From assembly GCA_040220235.1 (NCBI GenBank), contig JAVJTO010000143.1: 63,012 nucleotides of DNA; one strand, written 5' to 3'. The stretch is from Coleofasciculus sp. B1-GNL1-01 (GTDB lineage: Bacteria > Cyanobacteriota > Cyanobacteriia > Cyanobacteriales > Coleofasciculaceae). This document shows positions 16,913-26,706 of this stretch, piece by piece. The position numbers were made by a program, and so were the translations under genes. Numbering within the stretch: the first letter of the stretch is position 1; every line of letters starts with the position of its first letter. The notes under the pieces are model-generated. The model ran no database searches. It was not told where the DNA came from and saw only the letters and a program-made list of their open reading frames with translations.

Positions 16913-18796
16913 TTAAAAATTCTGCTGAATGTACTGAAGGATACCACGAGCGATCGCCTGTGCCGTTTGGCTACGGTGATTTGGATCATTGAGTTTTACC
17001 GAATCATCTCGACCCGTGACAAACCCCACTTCCACCAACACCGCTGGCATTGAGGTTTTCCTCAGCACATAAAACCGGGCGCGTCGGACACCCCGATCCT
17101 GTATGGGAACCGTCTGTAAAATGTTATTGTGAATCGTCTGGGCAAGTCGTTGCCCACTGGCGAAATAATAGGTTTCCAATCCATTGACATCTGGGCGGCT
17201 GAGACTAATGGCATTCGCATGAATGCTGACAAATAGATTAGCATTGACTCGCTCCGCCATGGTCACACGGGGCGCTAAATCCACAAAATAATCACTATTG
17301 CGGGTTAATACGGCTTGCACACCCTGCTTTTCTAATAATGCTGCCACTTCTTGGGCAATGGGTAAAATAACATCCTTTTCCCGTAATCCGCCAATACCCA
17401 CAGCGCCGGGATCTTTACCGCCATGTCCCGGATCAACCATCACCACAATTCGACTATTGGGAACCGTGGGAAATGAGGTTGGGGGTGTGGGGGAAGGGTT
17501 TGGCGGCGGTACTGGAATCGATTCACGGGGCGGTAATGTGGCGCGTCGGGTTTGTATGGGTAGCGCCAATAGGCGATCGCTAATTTGATTAAGGCTACCA
17601 ATCTGAGTTCCGGAACTCGGCTGCACCAAAATTACCACGGTGTTAGAGTCTTGCTGGCGCAGCAATACCCGTGATAAAGGACTATTAGCAGTCAGTTGAG
17701 GTCCTTTAACCTGATCCGCTAATTGAGCATTGGGGATAGTAATCCGGTACGCCCTCTCTTTAGCATCCCAACGACTGGTGGCTTGGACACTGCGATCGGC
17801 TTCAATCAATAGTTGAGTCTGATTATTTCCCAGTTCAACCGATTGAATTGTTGCTTGTTGATTAATGCTGACTGGTCGATTCGAGGTTTGCGATCGCGAA
17901 GGATAAGAGACTAAGACATTACCCGAACCATTAGAACGACTCTCTAAACTGGATGCTGAGGTTCCTCTGGGGATAATCACCAACCCGCCAACATCGCTGT
18001 ATAATGCCTGCCAATCGGGACTATCTCGGTCAACATTTAAGGTGATCCGAGTCAAGGGGGGTGAATCTTTCAGCTTTTGGAATTCAATTTGGCTAACGCC
18101 GTAGCGATTCACGTTCAACGTTTGCTCAACCAGACGGCGGGACAGATTTAACCCCTCCACCTCAATCTCAATCTGGCGGCGATCGCGACTCCGCTTCACC
18201 TTAATCTGATCGGGTTCTCCACCATCGGTATGGATAAAAAATCCATTCCGAGTCACCTGGAAACTATCCACTTGTGTCGCCGATGTTTCCACCGTCACCG
18301 TTGGGGGTGAACTCGGTTGGCGAGATTGGCGATCGTTAACCCTGAGCGAAGTCGAAGGGTTAACAGTTCGGACTGAGGGAGGCGGACTGGGTAAACTGGA
18401 TATCCGTTGTGGATCAGGGATATTCACCGTCCACTGCGTCGGCGATAGTCCTCTAAATTGTACCTGTTGGGGGTCGAGGGTATAACCTGGGGCTAATTCC
18501 ACCACAATCCGAGTGGTTTGGTTTTCAAATTGTCCGACTCGGATTTCTTGAATCGCACCGCCCACTTGTTGATTCACCGTCGGGCGTCCCAGTCGAATTC
18601 CGGGCAAATCAATAACCAGCCGAGTCGGATTCGCAATCAGTTGCGCCCTCGGCTGAACACCCTCATCCGTCGTAAAGACTAACTGGTTTTGAGCGCGGTC
18701 AAACCGCCAAAACAGCAGTTGACGCGCTTCGGCGGCGGATGTATAGAGAAAAACACTCAAAAAGCTGGAGAGTAGCAGTAGCCAGCGAAATCTCAC
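16913..18796 (-). CDS. amiC: N-acetylmuramoyl-L-alanine amidase with AMIN domains
   Basis: C-terminal Amidase_3 (DPGHGGKDPGA, FVSIHAN, LVEVGF); N-terminal AMIN (PTRLVIDL); GTG start at 18796 has an AGGAG RBS and a signal peptide. Confidence 0.93.
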   Translation of the reverse strand: MRFRWLLLLSSFLSVFLYTSAAEARQLLFWRFDRAQNQLVFTTDEGVQPRAQLIANPTRLVIDLPGIRLGRPTVNQQVGGAIQEIRVGQFENQTTRIVVELAPGYTLDPQQVQFRGLSPTQWTVNIPDPQRISSLPSPPPSVRTVNPSTSLRVNDRQSRQPSSPPTVTVETSATQVDSFQVTRNGFFIHTDGGEPDQIKVKRSRDRRQIEIEVEGLNLSRRLVEQTLNVNRYGVSQIEFQKLKDSPPLTRITLNVDRDSPDWQALYSDVGGLVIIPRGTSASSLESRSNGSGNVLVSYPSRSQTSNRPVSINQQATIQSVELGNNQTQLLIEADRSVQATSRWDAKERAYRITIPNAQLADQVKGPQLTANSPLSRVLLRQQDSNTVVILVQPSSGTQIGSLNQISDRLLALPIQTRRATLPPRESIPVPPPNPSPTPPTSFPTVPNSRIVVMVDPGHGGKDPGAVGIGGLREKDVILPIAQEVAALLEKQGVQAVLTRNSDYFVDLAPRVTMAERVNANLFVSIHANAISLSRPDVNGLETYYFASGQRLAQTIHNNILQTVPIQDRGVRRARFYVLRKTSMPAVLVEVGFVTGRDDSVKLNDPNHRSQTAQAIARGILQYIQQNF

Positions 18797-19160
18797 AATT
18801 ATTGCTCCTAACTTAAAGCTCGGTGCTGCATACAGCATTTGGGTGGATGGCGTTTCACTTAAGGCAGTTGCTGAGTTCAAAACCGAACTCAGTCAGGTTG
18901 AGCGGGTTCACCCTATATCCCGAAGTCCAACTGCTTGCTTTGGTTTTAACCCTGGCTTAAGCCAATGACTCACCCAAGTTGAGTTGAGTAGCTGTTATAG
19001 ACAGTCCGCTCTCAGGGACGTAGAGTAACGAATTTAAGTTTCAAACAAAATAGTATAGTCCCTTTTCGGATGAACAATCCCAACTGCTCCCAGACGCGCC
19101 ATGGCACGTCTCTACATTGCTCCCCCTGCTTGTACTTCAGGAGAACTGGGGATGATTAAG

Positions 19161-20633
19161 TCATTCGGGTTTAGACTCTGACAGAGTTTCCACTGGCTCT
19201 GATCCGGGGACAGTTTCGGGTTCTTTTAAGACTAATCGCAATAAGGGGGGAGCGATAAATGTGGTTAAAATCACCATCATAATAATCGCCGCCTCAGTTG
19301 CATTAGAAAGCGCCCCACTAGCCGAACCGACGCCAGCAAAAACCAGTCCCACTTCGCCTCGGGGAATCATCCCCACACCAATTGCCAAACGATTAATACC
19401 CGGTTGACCAAAGACCGTAAAGCCTGTGACTACCTTACCGATAATCGCCACCACGATCAGGAACAGTGCCAAAATCAATCCTTCTCGATTGCTGGGAACG
19501 GCTGGATTAAGGACACTTAAATCAGTTTTGGCACCCACCACCACAAAGAAAATTGGGGTAAGGACATCAGCCACAGGTAACACCTGTTCCTCTAATTCGC
19601 GGCGTTTATCGGTTTCCGCCAGAATTAAGCCAGCAGCAAATGCGCCTAAAATAGCTTCAAGTTGAATCGCGGCGGCAATATAAGACAGAATCGCGGCAAA
19701 AATCAGGGCGGTGAGAAGTACCTGACCCCTTGTCTTCATTTCATCCACCAAGGCGACAAAATAGGGACCCAGAAAGCGCCCCACTAAAATCGCACCCACT
19801 AAAAAGACACCCGCACTGATGATTAGATAAATAACATTCGCGATCGCGATTTCCCCGGTTTTGGCTAAACTCGCCACCACGGCTAGCACGATGATGCCTA
19901 ACACGTCGTCTAAAACCGCTGCACCAATGATAATTTGACCTTCTTTGGAACTGAGACTGCCGATTTCAGCTAAAACTTTGGCGGTAATCCCAATACTGGT
20001 AGCGGTGAGCGCCGCCCCTGCAAAAATAGCTGGGACGGCTGGAACGTCGAACAAATAGGTTAACCCAGCGGTTCCGGCGGCAAAGGGGGCAATCACCCCC
20101 ACAATTGCCACAACAGCCGCTTGTGGACCAACTCGGATCAGTTCTTGCAAATCCGATTCCAGTCCAATTTCAAATAGAAGAATTACCACCCCCAGTTCGG
20201 CTAAAACCGAGATCACCTCACTCTGAGTGTCAAACACCGACTCAGCCGCCATTGGACTCAAGCCCGCTGTACGTTCCAGGAAGCTAACAATCATTGAGCT
20301 AGCGGCATCTGCTCCCGCTTCGGGAAAAACAAGTAGATGCAGCGCTGAGACGCCCACAACTACCCCACCAACGAGTTCCCCCAGTACAGGTGGCAAGTTA
20401 ATCCGCGCACAAAGTTCGCCACCTAATTTGCTAGCGAAGTAAATGACGACTAAACTCAGCAATACGCCAGCGAAGATTAATGAACTCTCTTCGGCTTCGC
20501 TGGTGGTGGCTTCACTGGCTGCGGCTATCAGGGAGTGGTGGGTAGATAGCCAGGGGAAGCTAAAGGGGGGAGTTAGGGAACTCACCCAGGTAGTTGCATC
20601 AGCTATAGGTTGAGAAAAAAGCATGGATTCCAT
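19161..20633 (-). CDS. CPA2-family Na+/H+ antiporter (NhaS3-like)
   Basis: Multi-TM; LFEIGLE, ATSIGIT, AVLDDVLG and GMIPRGEV motifs. Confidence 0.92.
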   Translation of the reverse strand: MESMLFSQPIADATTWVSSLTPPFSFPWLSTHHSLIAAASEATTSEAEESSLIFAGVLLSLVVIYFASKLGGELCARINLPPVLGELVGGVVVGVSALHLLVFPEAGADAASSMIVSFLERTAGLSPMAAESVFDTQSEVISVLAELGVVILLFEIGLESDLQELIRVGPQAAVVAIVGVIAPFAAGTAGLTYLFDVPAVPAIFAGAALTATSIGITAKVLAEIGSLSSKEGQIIIGAAVLDDVLGIIVLAVVASLAKTGEIAIANVIYLIISAGVFLVGAILVGRFLGPYFVALVDEMKTRGQVLLTALIFAAILSYIAAAIQLEAILGAFAAGLILAETDKRRELEEQVLPVADVLTPIFFVVVGAKTDLSVLNPAVPSNREGLILALFLIVVAIIGKVVTGFTVFGQPGINRLAIGVGMIPRGEVGLVFAGVGSASGALSNATEAAIIMMVILTTFIAPPLLRLVLKEPETVPGSEPVETLSESKPE

Positions 20634-20837
20634 TCTACAGGGAACAGGGAACGGGGAACAGGGAGCTGGGGGAGCATGTAGAGACGTGCCATGGCACGTC
20701 TGGAAGCTGGGGGAGAGAAAGTTATCTCTTGGTCCATATCAAACCACAGGGTTACAAAAACCGTAACCTCAGAAATGATAATGCTCTAGGGTGGCAAAGT
20801 GAAAGCTTAATCTATCTATATGTGGAGAATCAATACA

Positions 20838-21578
20838 ATGATGTATCTAGGTTCATCTCGTTCTCATTTCCTCAACCAAAAACAGTTACAGGTGATGGCT
20901 GGGGTTGTGGGATTAATCATGCTGGGATTGATCAATCCCGCGATCGCACAGGAACGAATGTTGCGAACGCTCACAGTAACTGGACAAGGCGTAGAACGAA
21001 TTCCCACAACTCTGACGCGAGTCCAGTTAGGGGTTGAGGTAGAGGGAAAAACCGCCCAGGCGGTGCAACAAGAAGTGGCACGTCAGTCAGCGGCGGTGGT
21101 GGAGTTGCTGCGATCGCGTAATGTTGAACAACTCCAAACCACCAGCATCCAACTCAACCCTGTCTATAGCTACGAGGACAATCAGCGACGCCTGATCGGG
21201 TATTCTGCCAGTAACACGGTCAGCTTCCGCCTTCCCACAGAACAAGCAGGAACCCTTTTGGATGATGCTGTGGCTGCTGGTGCAACCCGCATCGATTCCA
21301 TTAGCTTTACCGCCCCAGAAAGTGCGATCGCCACGGCTCAAAAACAAGCGCTACGAGAAGCCACCCAAGATGCCCAACAGCAAGCCGATGCCGTGTTAAA
21401 TGCCTTGAACCTCACCCGTCAAGATATCGTGAACATTCAAATTAATGGTGCCACACCACCGTCTCCACCCATGCCGCTGATGAACAGGGCGGAGTCCTTT
21501 GCCCCAAATGCTCCAACACCAATTATTGGCGGTGAGCAAGAGGTACAGGCATCCGTCACGCTGCAAATTAGCTACTAA
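20838..21578 (+). CDS. SIMPL/DUF541 domain periplasmic protein (start uncertain)
   Basis: Signal peptide, TLTVTGQG, A...A.QDA..QA, GEQEVQASVTLQISY. Confidence 0.88.
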   Translation: MMYLGSSRSHFLNQKQLQVMAGVVGLIMLGLINPAIAQERMLRTLTVTGQGVERIPTTLTRVQLGVEVEGKTAQAVQQEVARQSAAVVELLRSRNVEQLQTTSIQLNPVYSYEDNQRRLIGYSASNTVSFRLPTEQAGTLLDDAVAAGATRIDSISFTAPESAIATAQKQALREATQDAQQQADAVLNALNLTRQDIVNIQINGATPPSPPMPLMNRAESFAPNAPTPIIGGEQEVQASVTLQISY

Positions 21579-21824
21579 TACCAAGTTGCGTTCTATGATG
21601 TCTAGGGAGAGCGAAGCGTGAAGCTTTCGCTATAGCGAGGAACGAGCTTTAGAATCTGGATAGATGCTTCGTGTCACTCTGTTTCACTGCGTTTTGCTCA
21701 GCATGACTGATTCTACTGGCGTGGCACACCTTAGCAAGATGAATTAAAATTGGAGACCCGAAACCGTAGGGGCGCAAAGACTTGCGCCCGATTCAATGGT
21801 CTACCTTAGACGGCAACTTGGTAT
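21578..21824. mobile_element. MITE with ~18-bp imperfect TIRs (ATACCAAGTTGC...GCAACTTGGTAT)
   Basis: ataccaagttgcgttcta at the left end and tagacggcaacttggtat at the right end; partial copy at ~29305-29385. Confidence 0.65.
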
Positions 21825-21829
21825 AACCT

Positions 21830-22192
21830 TTAGAACTCTGTCTCGCCGTAGCGATCAACTGTACTAGGGTCATTATCGCGTTTAGATCCTAATAAATCCA
21901 TTCGATCCACCCGGATAACGGGCTTGTGGTAATTGTGACCATCCCGCGTCGTTAACGGATCAATCTTCAGCGCTCCTTGAATCCCGATCAAACTTCCCTT
22001 CCGCACGTAGTTTGCCGCCACTTCCGCTGTCTTACCCCAAATCTCTATATTGAACCAGTCCGGCTTATCACTGTTGCGGCTGCGACGATCCACCGCTAGT
22101 GTTAACTTACACAAAACACTACCCGACTCGAAATAGCGGACATCGGGATCTGCGCCCACCCGACCCACTAGATTAACCACATTGAGACTCAT
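21830..22192 (-). CDS. ssb: Single-stranded DNA-binding protein
   Basis: MSLNVVNLVGRVG.DP, DWFNIEIWGKTAE, KGSLIGI, acidic C-terminus ending EF; true start at 22192. Confidence 0.95.
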   Translation of the reverse strand: MSLNVVNLVGRVGADPDVRYFESGSVLCKLTLAVDRRSRNSDKPDWFNIEIWGKTAEVAANYVRKGSLIGIQGALKIDPLTTRDGHNYHKPVIRVDRMDLLGSKRDNDPSTVDRYGETEF

Positions 22193-22548
22193 TGTTTTAG
22201 TACCCTTGTACTTATCGCCAACCAGTTTAGCGAATTTATGCCGTCCGCCACAATCCCTTACCCTGGTGCAAAAAGGCAGAAATAACTGAACAGCAAACCT
22301 CTCCCCCAGCTTCCAGACGTAGCATGCTACGTCTCTACATGCACGCCCAGTGGTCAAAAACTTTCTCCGGATCAGCAAATTTCTCGTCTGAATGATACTT
22401 TCAGCTTTGATTTCAAAGATTAATCACGATGACTTTCTCAACTTCACTAGACTCAGCCAAAAAAACGTAATAGAATCCACCTCGGTTACAGTTCAGATAC
22501 ATTGTTTGTTATACATAGAAACATTCGACCTTGGGGGCGTATAAACGA

Positions 22549-23592
22549 GTGGGTATTTTCAATCGCTTTTCCCTATCCCGGGACATGGGTATCGATTTAG
22601 GTACAGCTAATACTTTAGTATATGTATCTGGCAAAGGCATCGTACTCCAGGAGCCTTCTGTCGTCGCCATGGACCAAGATGAAAAAGTGCCATTAGCGGT
22701 GGGAGAGGACGCCAAAAAAATGCTGGGTAGGACGCCCGGTAACGTAATCGCCTTGCGTCCTTTACGCGATGGCGTGATTGCTGACTTCGATACCGCCGAA
22801 CTCATGCTCAAGCATTTTATCCGGCGAGTTCACGAAGGGCGGACTTTAGTGCAACCTCGGATTGTCATTGGCATTCCCAGTGGTGTGACGGGGGTTGAAC
22901 GACGGGCGGTTATGGAAGCCGCCTCTCAAGCGGGTGCCAGAGATGTGTACTTAATCGATGAACCCGTTGCGGCTGCCATTGGTGCGGGGCTGCCAGTGGC
23001 AGAGCCAACCGGTAATATGATTATTGATATCGGTGGTGGTACGACAGAAGTGGCGGTGCTAAGTTTACAAGGTACCGTTTTGAGCGAATCAGTACGGGTC
23101 GCTGGTGATGAACTGAGTGAATCGATCACCCAGTACATGAAAAAAGTGCATAACCTGGTGATTGGGGAACGAACGGCTGAAGAAATTAAAATTCAGATTG
23201 GTTCAGCCTACCCGACTCATGAGGATGACGATTTCTCCATGGAAGTACGCGGCTTACACATGCTATCGGGTTTACCGCGCACCGTGAGTATTAAGGGACC
23301 CGAAATTCGCGAGAGTATGTCCGAACCACTGGCTGTTATTGTTGACGCCGTTAAACGGACATTAGAGCGGACACCACCTGAACTCGCTGCTGATATTATT
23401 GATCGAGGCATCATGTTAGCTGGTGGTGGTGCCTTACTAAAAGGACTAGATACGTTGATTAGTCACGAAACGGGTATTGTGACTCATGTAGCGGCTGATC
23501 CCCTAAGCTGTGTGGTTTTAGGCACAGGTCGTGTTCTAGAGAACTTCAAACAGCTAGAACGGGTGTTTAGTGGGCGCTCTCGCCATATCTAA
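22549..23592 (+). CDS. mreB: Rod shape-determining protein MreB
   Basis: GIDLGTANT, DIGGGTTE and LAGGGALL actin-like motifs. Confidence 0.98.
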   Translation: MGIFNRFSLSRDMGIDLGTANTLVYVSGKGIVLQEPSVVAMDQDEKVPLAVGEDAKKMLGRTPGNVIALRPLRDGVIADFDTAELMLKHFIRRVHEGRTLVQPRIVIGIPSGVTGVERRAVMEAASQAGARDVYLIDEPVAAAIGAGLPVAEPTGNMIIDIGGGTTEVAVLSLQGTVLSESVRVAGDELSESITQYMKKVHNLVIGERTAEEIKIQIGSAYPTHEDDDFSMEVRGLHMLSGLPRTVSIKGPEIRESMSEPLAVIVDAVKRTLERTPPELAADIIDRGIMLAGGGALLKGLDTLISHETGIVTHVAADPLSCVVLGTGRVLENFKQLERVFSGRSRHI

Positions 23593-23706
23593 GGTGATAA
23601 TCTCTTAGAGAGCTACCTTGGTTGGTTCACAAGCTGCATGAGAAGTCAACTGCACTACTGCAACTCTGGCGCATCAGCCGGAAGCTGAACGAATACTGGA
23701 CAGGTT

Positions 23707-24462
23707 ATGTATATATTGCGTCGTTGGTGGGACAAACATGGAGTCGCTGTTGTGCTGGGGGGACTAACTCTAAGCCTTGCTTGGTTCGTTCGCCACACTC
23801 AGGGGGCAGCTCTCTTTGAGGCTTATCAGTTATTGACCCGTCCTTTACAATCAGAACCAACCCAAGAGGAGCGTTTGACCAATGCCAAAGTTTTGGAACT
23901 ACAACAGCGTCTGATTGAACTCGAGAGCCAAAACCAAAAACTCAAAGAGCTACTGAATTATTCTAAAACCCAAGACAAGCAAGGAATTCTTGCTCCCATG
24001 ATCGGGCGTAGTGCAGGTCACTGGTGGCAACATGTAACTTTAGGTCGAGGGAGTCGAGATGGGATTAAGGTGCATTCAATTGTTATGGCACCTGGCGGTT
24101 TAGTGGGTCAGATTGTTAATGTGACCCCGAATACAAGTCGCGTACTACTAATCAGCGACGCTACTAGCCGAGTCGGGGCGGTGATTAGCCGTAGCCGTAG
24201 CATGGGTTTTATTCGAGGACAAGGTTCAAATCGGGCTGTGCTTCAGTTTTTTGACAAAGTACCTGATGTACGTCGGGGTGATGCAGTTTCCACATCACCC
24301 GTGAGCAAACTGTTTCCGGCTGGATTACCGTTAGGACGGGTGGAGTCAGTCAACCTGGATAAAAGTCCAGCCCCCGAAGCTGTCATTGAGTTGACAGCGC
24401 CTCTAGAGGCATTAGAGTGGGTAATTGTTTATCCCCAATCAAAGACAGTTGATACCGAATAG
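23707..24462 (+). CDS. mreC: Rod shape-determining protein MreC
   Basis: TM, coiled coil, GLVGQI, FPAGLPLGRV; downstream of mreB. Confidence 0.95.
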   Translation: MYILRRWWDKHGVAVVLGGLTLSLAWFVRHTQGAALFEAYQLLTRPLQSEPTQEERLTNAKVLELQQRLIELESQNQKLKELLNYSKTQDKQGILAPMIGRSAGHWWQHVTLGRGSRDGIKVHSIVMAPGGLVGQIVNVTPNTSRVLLISDATSRVGAVISRSRSMGFIRGQGSNRAVLQFFDKVPDVRRGDAVSTSPVSKLFPAGLPLGRVESVNLDKSPAPEAVIELTAPLEALEWVIVYPQSKTVDTE

Positions 24463-24738
24463 AGTAAGTAGGTGGACACAATTAAAGTTAACGGTTGAGA
24501 CTAGGGAACAGGGAACAGTAAGGGTTTTAGGGTGATTTACTTGCACTTAATACAGTACCGTTTACTTTTGTCCGACTACTTACAAGGGGATAACCTAAGA
24601 TCCCGATCTCTCACAGGTAAAATCGATTTTCGGGATTTTCGTCAATTTTCGAGTAAGTTTTTATACTTAGGAATTTATCCCGATTAATTTTCCAATCAAC
24701 AATCAACAAAAACCTAGATGTAATACTTGGGCGGTGAA

Positions 24739-25344
24739 ATGGAGGTCAAAAAAAGGCAAAACTCATTGAGGATAGCACAGAAGAAACCCTGGAACAACAT
24801 TTTCAACCTTTCCCAGTTTTCCCCCCAAGTTCGTCAACTGATCAATTGGACGGTAACGGCAGGTTCTGTGCTTTTATGTGTAATGGTTTTACCCACTCGG
24901 TTACCGGGCATGGAATTACTGGGAATTGCCCCGAATTGGTTGTTAATTTGGGTAGTTGCTTGGAGTATCAAACGCACCGCTTTTCAGGGGGCAATGGCAG
25001 GATTAGTACTGGGTTTGATTCAAGATGGGATGACTGCCCCTGAACCCACTCATGTTTTAAGTTTAGTGTTGGTGGGCATTTTAACGGCTCGAATGCAGAA
25101 GCAGCGATATATTCAGGAAGATTTTATTTCCGTGGCGCTAATTGTATTTGGGATGGCGGTTGTCGCGGAGACGGTGACAGCAATTCAGTACAGTTTTATG
25201 GGCGATCGCACTCTAGCAGAAATTTGGACGGATCACCAGCGCATTGCTCTATCCTCAGCGATTCTCAGTAGTTTGTGGGCACCTGTGGTGTATTATCCCT
25301 TAAGTCGTTGGTGGGAACAGATGCATTTGCTGGAACAGTCTTAA
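24739..25344 (+). CDS. mreD: Rod shape-determining protein MreD
   Basis: Hydrophobic; PNWLLIWVVAW, GLIQD; follows mreC. Confidence 0.92.
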   Translation: MEVKKRQNSLRIAQKKPWNNIFNLSQFSPQVRQLINWTVTAGSVLLCVMVLPTRLPGMELLGIAPNWLLIWVVAWSIKRTAFQGAMAGLVLGLIQDGMTAPEPTHVLSLVLVGILTARMQKQRYIQEDFISVALIVFGMAVVAETVTAIQYSFMGDRTLAEIWTDHQRIALSSAILSSLWAPVVYYPLSRWWEQMHLLEQS

Positions 25345-25435
25345 AATAGGGGCTGCTGAATAAGTCTTGTGGTGGGGAGAGGCAACAGGGAACAGACAAC
25401 AGTTTCAACTGCCTGTTGGAACTTCAGGTTAAGGT

Positions 25436-25696
25436 TCAGGGAAGGGCAGATTGACCTATCTTTCTTAAGATTTGAAGCACCGTTGCTAGATCGCCATCAT
25501 TTAAAATATTGAAATGGTTGGATAGCCCATAGACAGCAGTCGGTTGCGACTGTAGCTTGAGGAAGCTGAAACTGTCTCCACTACAAAGTAAGCCGTAGGT
25601 AGGCTGCGTTTGTTCTGGATTAGCCAGCATATAGGCTAATGCCTGCGGAATACCTAAAGATAAGGAAAACGTGGTACGCTTTGCTTCTAAAGGCAA
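25436..25696 (-). pseudogene. 5'-truncated fragment of a cyanobacterial restriction-endonuclease-like (HsdR N-terminal-type) protein
   Basis: Begins directly at EAK...GIPQALAYM...YGLL, a PD-(D/E)XK C-terminal half, with no upstream part. Confidence 0.5.
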
Positions 25697-25752
25697 TCAT
25701 GGTACATTTTTGGTTGAGTTACGCTATCACTAACCCAACCTACTTAGCTGAC

Positions 25753-26550
25753 TTAGTGTTCACGCTTCATCTTTCCCAAAAGATAATCAGCCGCCGCTAG
25801 CAGATCAGAGCAAGTGTGAGTGGGTTGGAATTGCTGGAGATAACTATAGGAACGAATCCCACAGGTTAGCGCCACGGTGGGAATGGACACGGCTTGGGCG
25901 GCGAGGAGATCCGCTTCCGTGTCACCAATCATCCATGCTGATTGCGGCTGAAGAGAAAAACAGACGTGTTCAGTCAAGGCTTGTGCTAAAAGTTGTTGCT
26001 TGAGTTCAATATTATTCCGATAGGCGGCTTGATCGTCGTAAGTTCCATAAATACCGCTAAACAGACGAGTCAACCCGTAATTTCTCAAAATTTGTGTCGC
26101 TTGTTCCTGACAGCGTAACGTCACCAAGACTAGCCGGATACCTTGAGAATGGAGTCTGGCTAATGCCCAGCGCACTCCCGGTTGCAGCTTATCCAGATGT
26201 AACAGTAAGGGTTGATTGACAATTTCTAAGACTCGTGATAAGAAAAACTCAAATTGTTCCCCTTGTACACCTGATCGCAGGGCAATGTCTTCATCCGCCA
26301 CCCGATCCTGTTTCATCTCCCAGAATTGTTGGGCTTCAAGCTGTTGAATCGGTAACGTGATTCCTTGGTCTTGATAAGCCGATCGCGTATCAGCCAGTGC
26401 TAGCTTGTAGGTGGTGTAATAGCGCTTAGAGACATCGACAATCGGTCCATCGAAGTCGCAGAAAACCGTCAGTGGCGCTACAGAGGGACTATTTCTGTGG
26501 GAGCGATCGCACGGCGGTGATTGCCAGTCGTAGGCAGCCACACCACTCAT
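25753..26550 (-). CDS. HAD-family hydrolase/phosphatase
   Basis: FCDFDGPIVD motif I; MIGDTEAD motif IV. Confidence 0.92.
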   Translation of the reverse strand: MSGVAAYDWQSPPCDRSHRNSPSVAPLTVFCDFDGPIVDVSKRYYTTYKLALADTRSAYQDQGITLPIQQLEAQQFWEMKQDRVADEDIALRSGVQGEQFEFFLSRVLEIVNQPLLLHLDKLQPGVRWALARLHSQGIRLVLVTLRCQEQATQILRNYGLTRLFSGIYGTYDDQAAYRNNIELKQQLLAQALTEHVCFSLQPQSAWMIGDTEADLLAAQAVSIPTVALTCGIRSYSYLQQFQPTHTCSDLLAAADYLLGKMKREH

Positions 26551-26706
26551 AAAATATTACTCAATTCAGCTTTTGAAAGAAACAGTTTTTTACATTTTAG
26601 CAGTTTCGATAGAAATTTTAATCGTTCGTCGAGGAATATTCCCCAGCATCCTTATCCGCATCCTAAGATCAGGGAAAGATCCTTCGTGACATGGCTGTAG
26701 CGAGAT

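Noticed and set aside
21830..22378. Extended 182-aa SSB (and similar long N-termini for amiC, creatininase and glucosidase 2)
   Set aside because: Extensions run through intergenic or REP sequence; downstream starts match family N-termini
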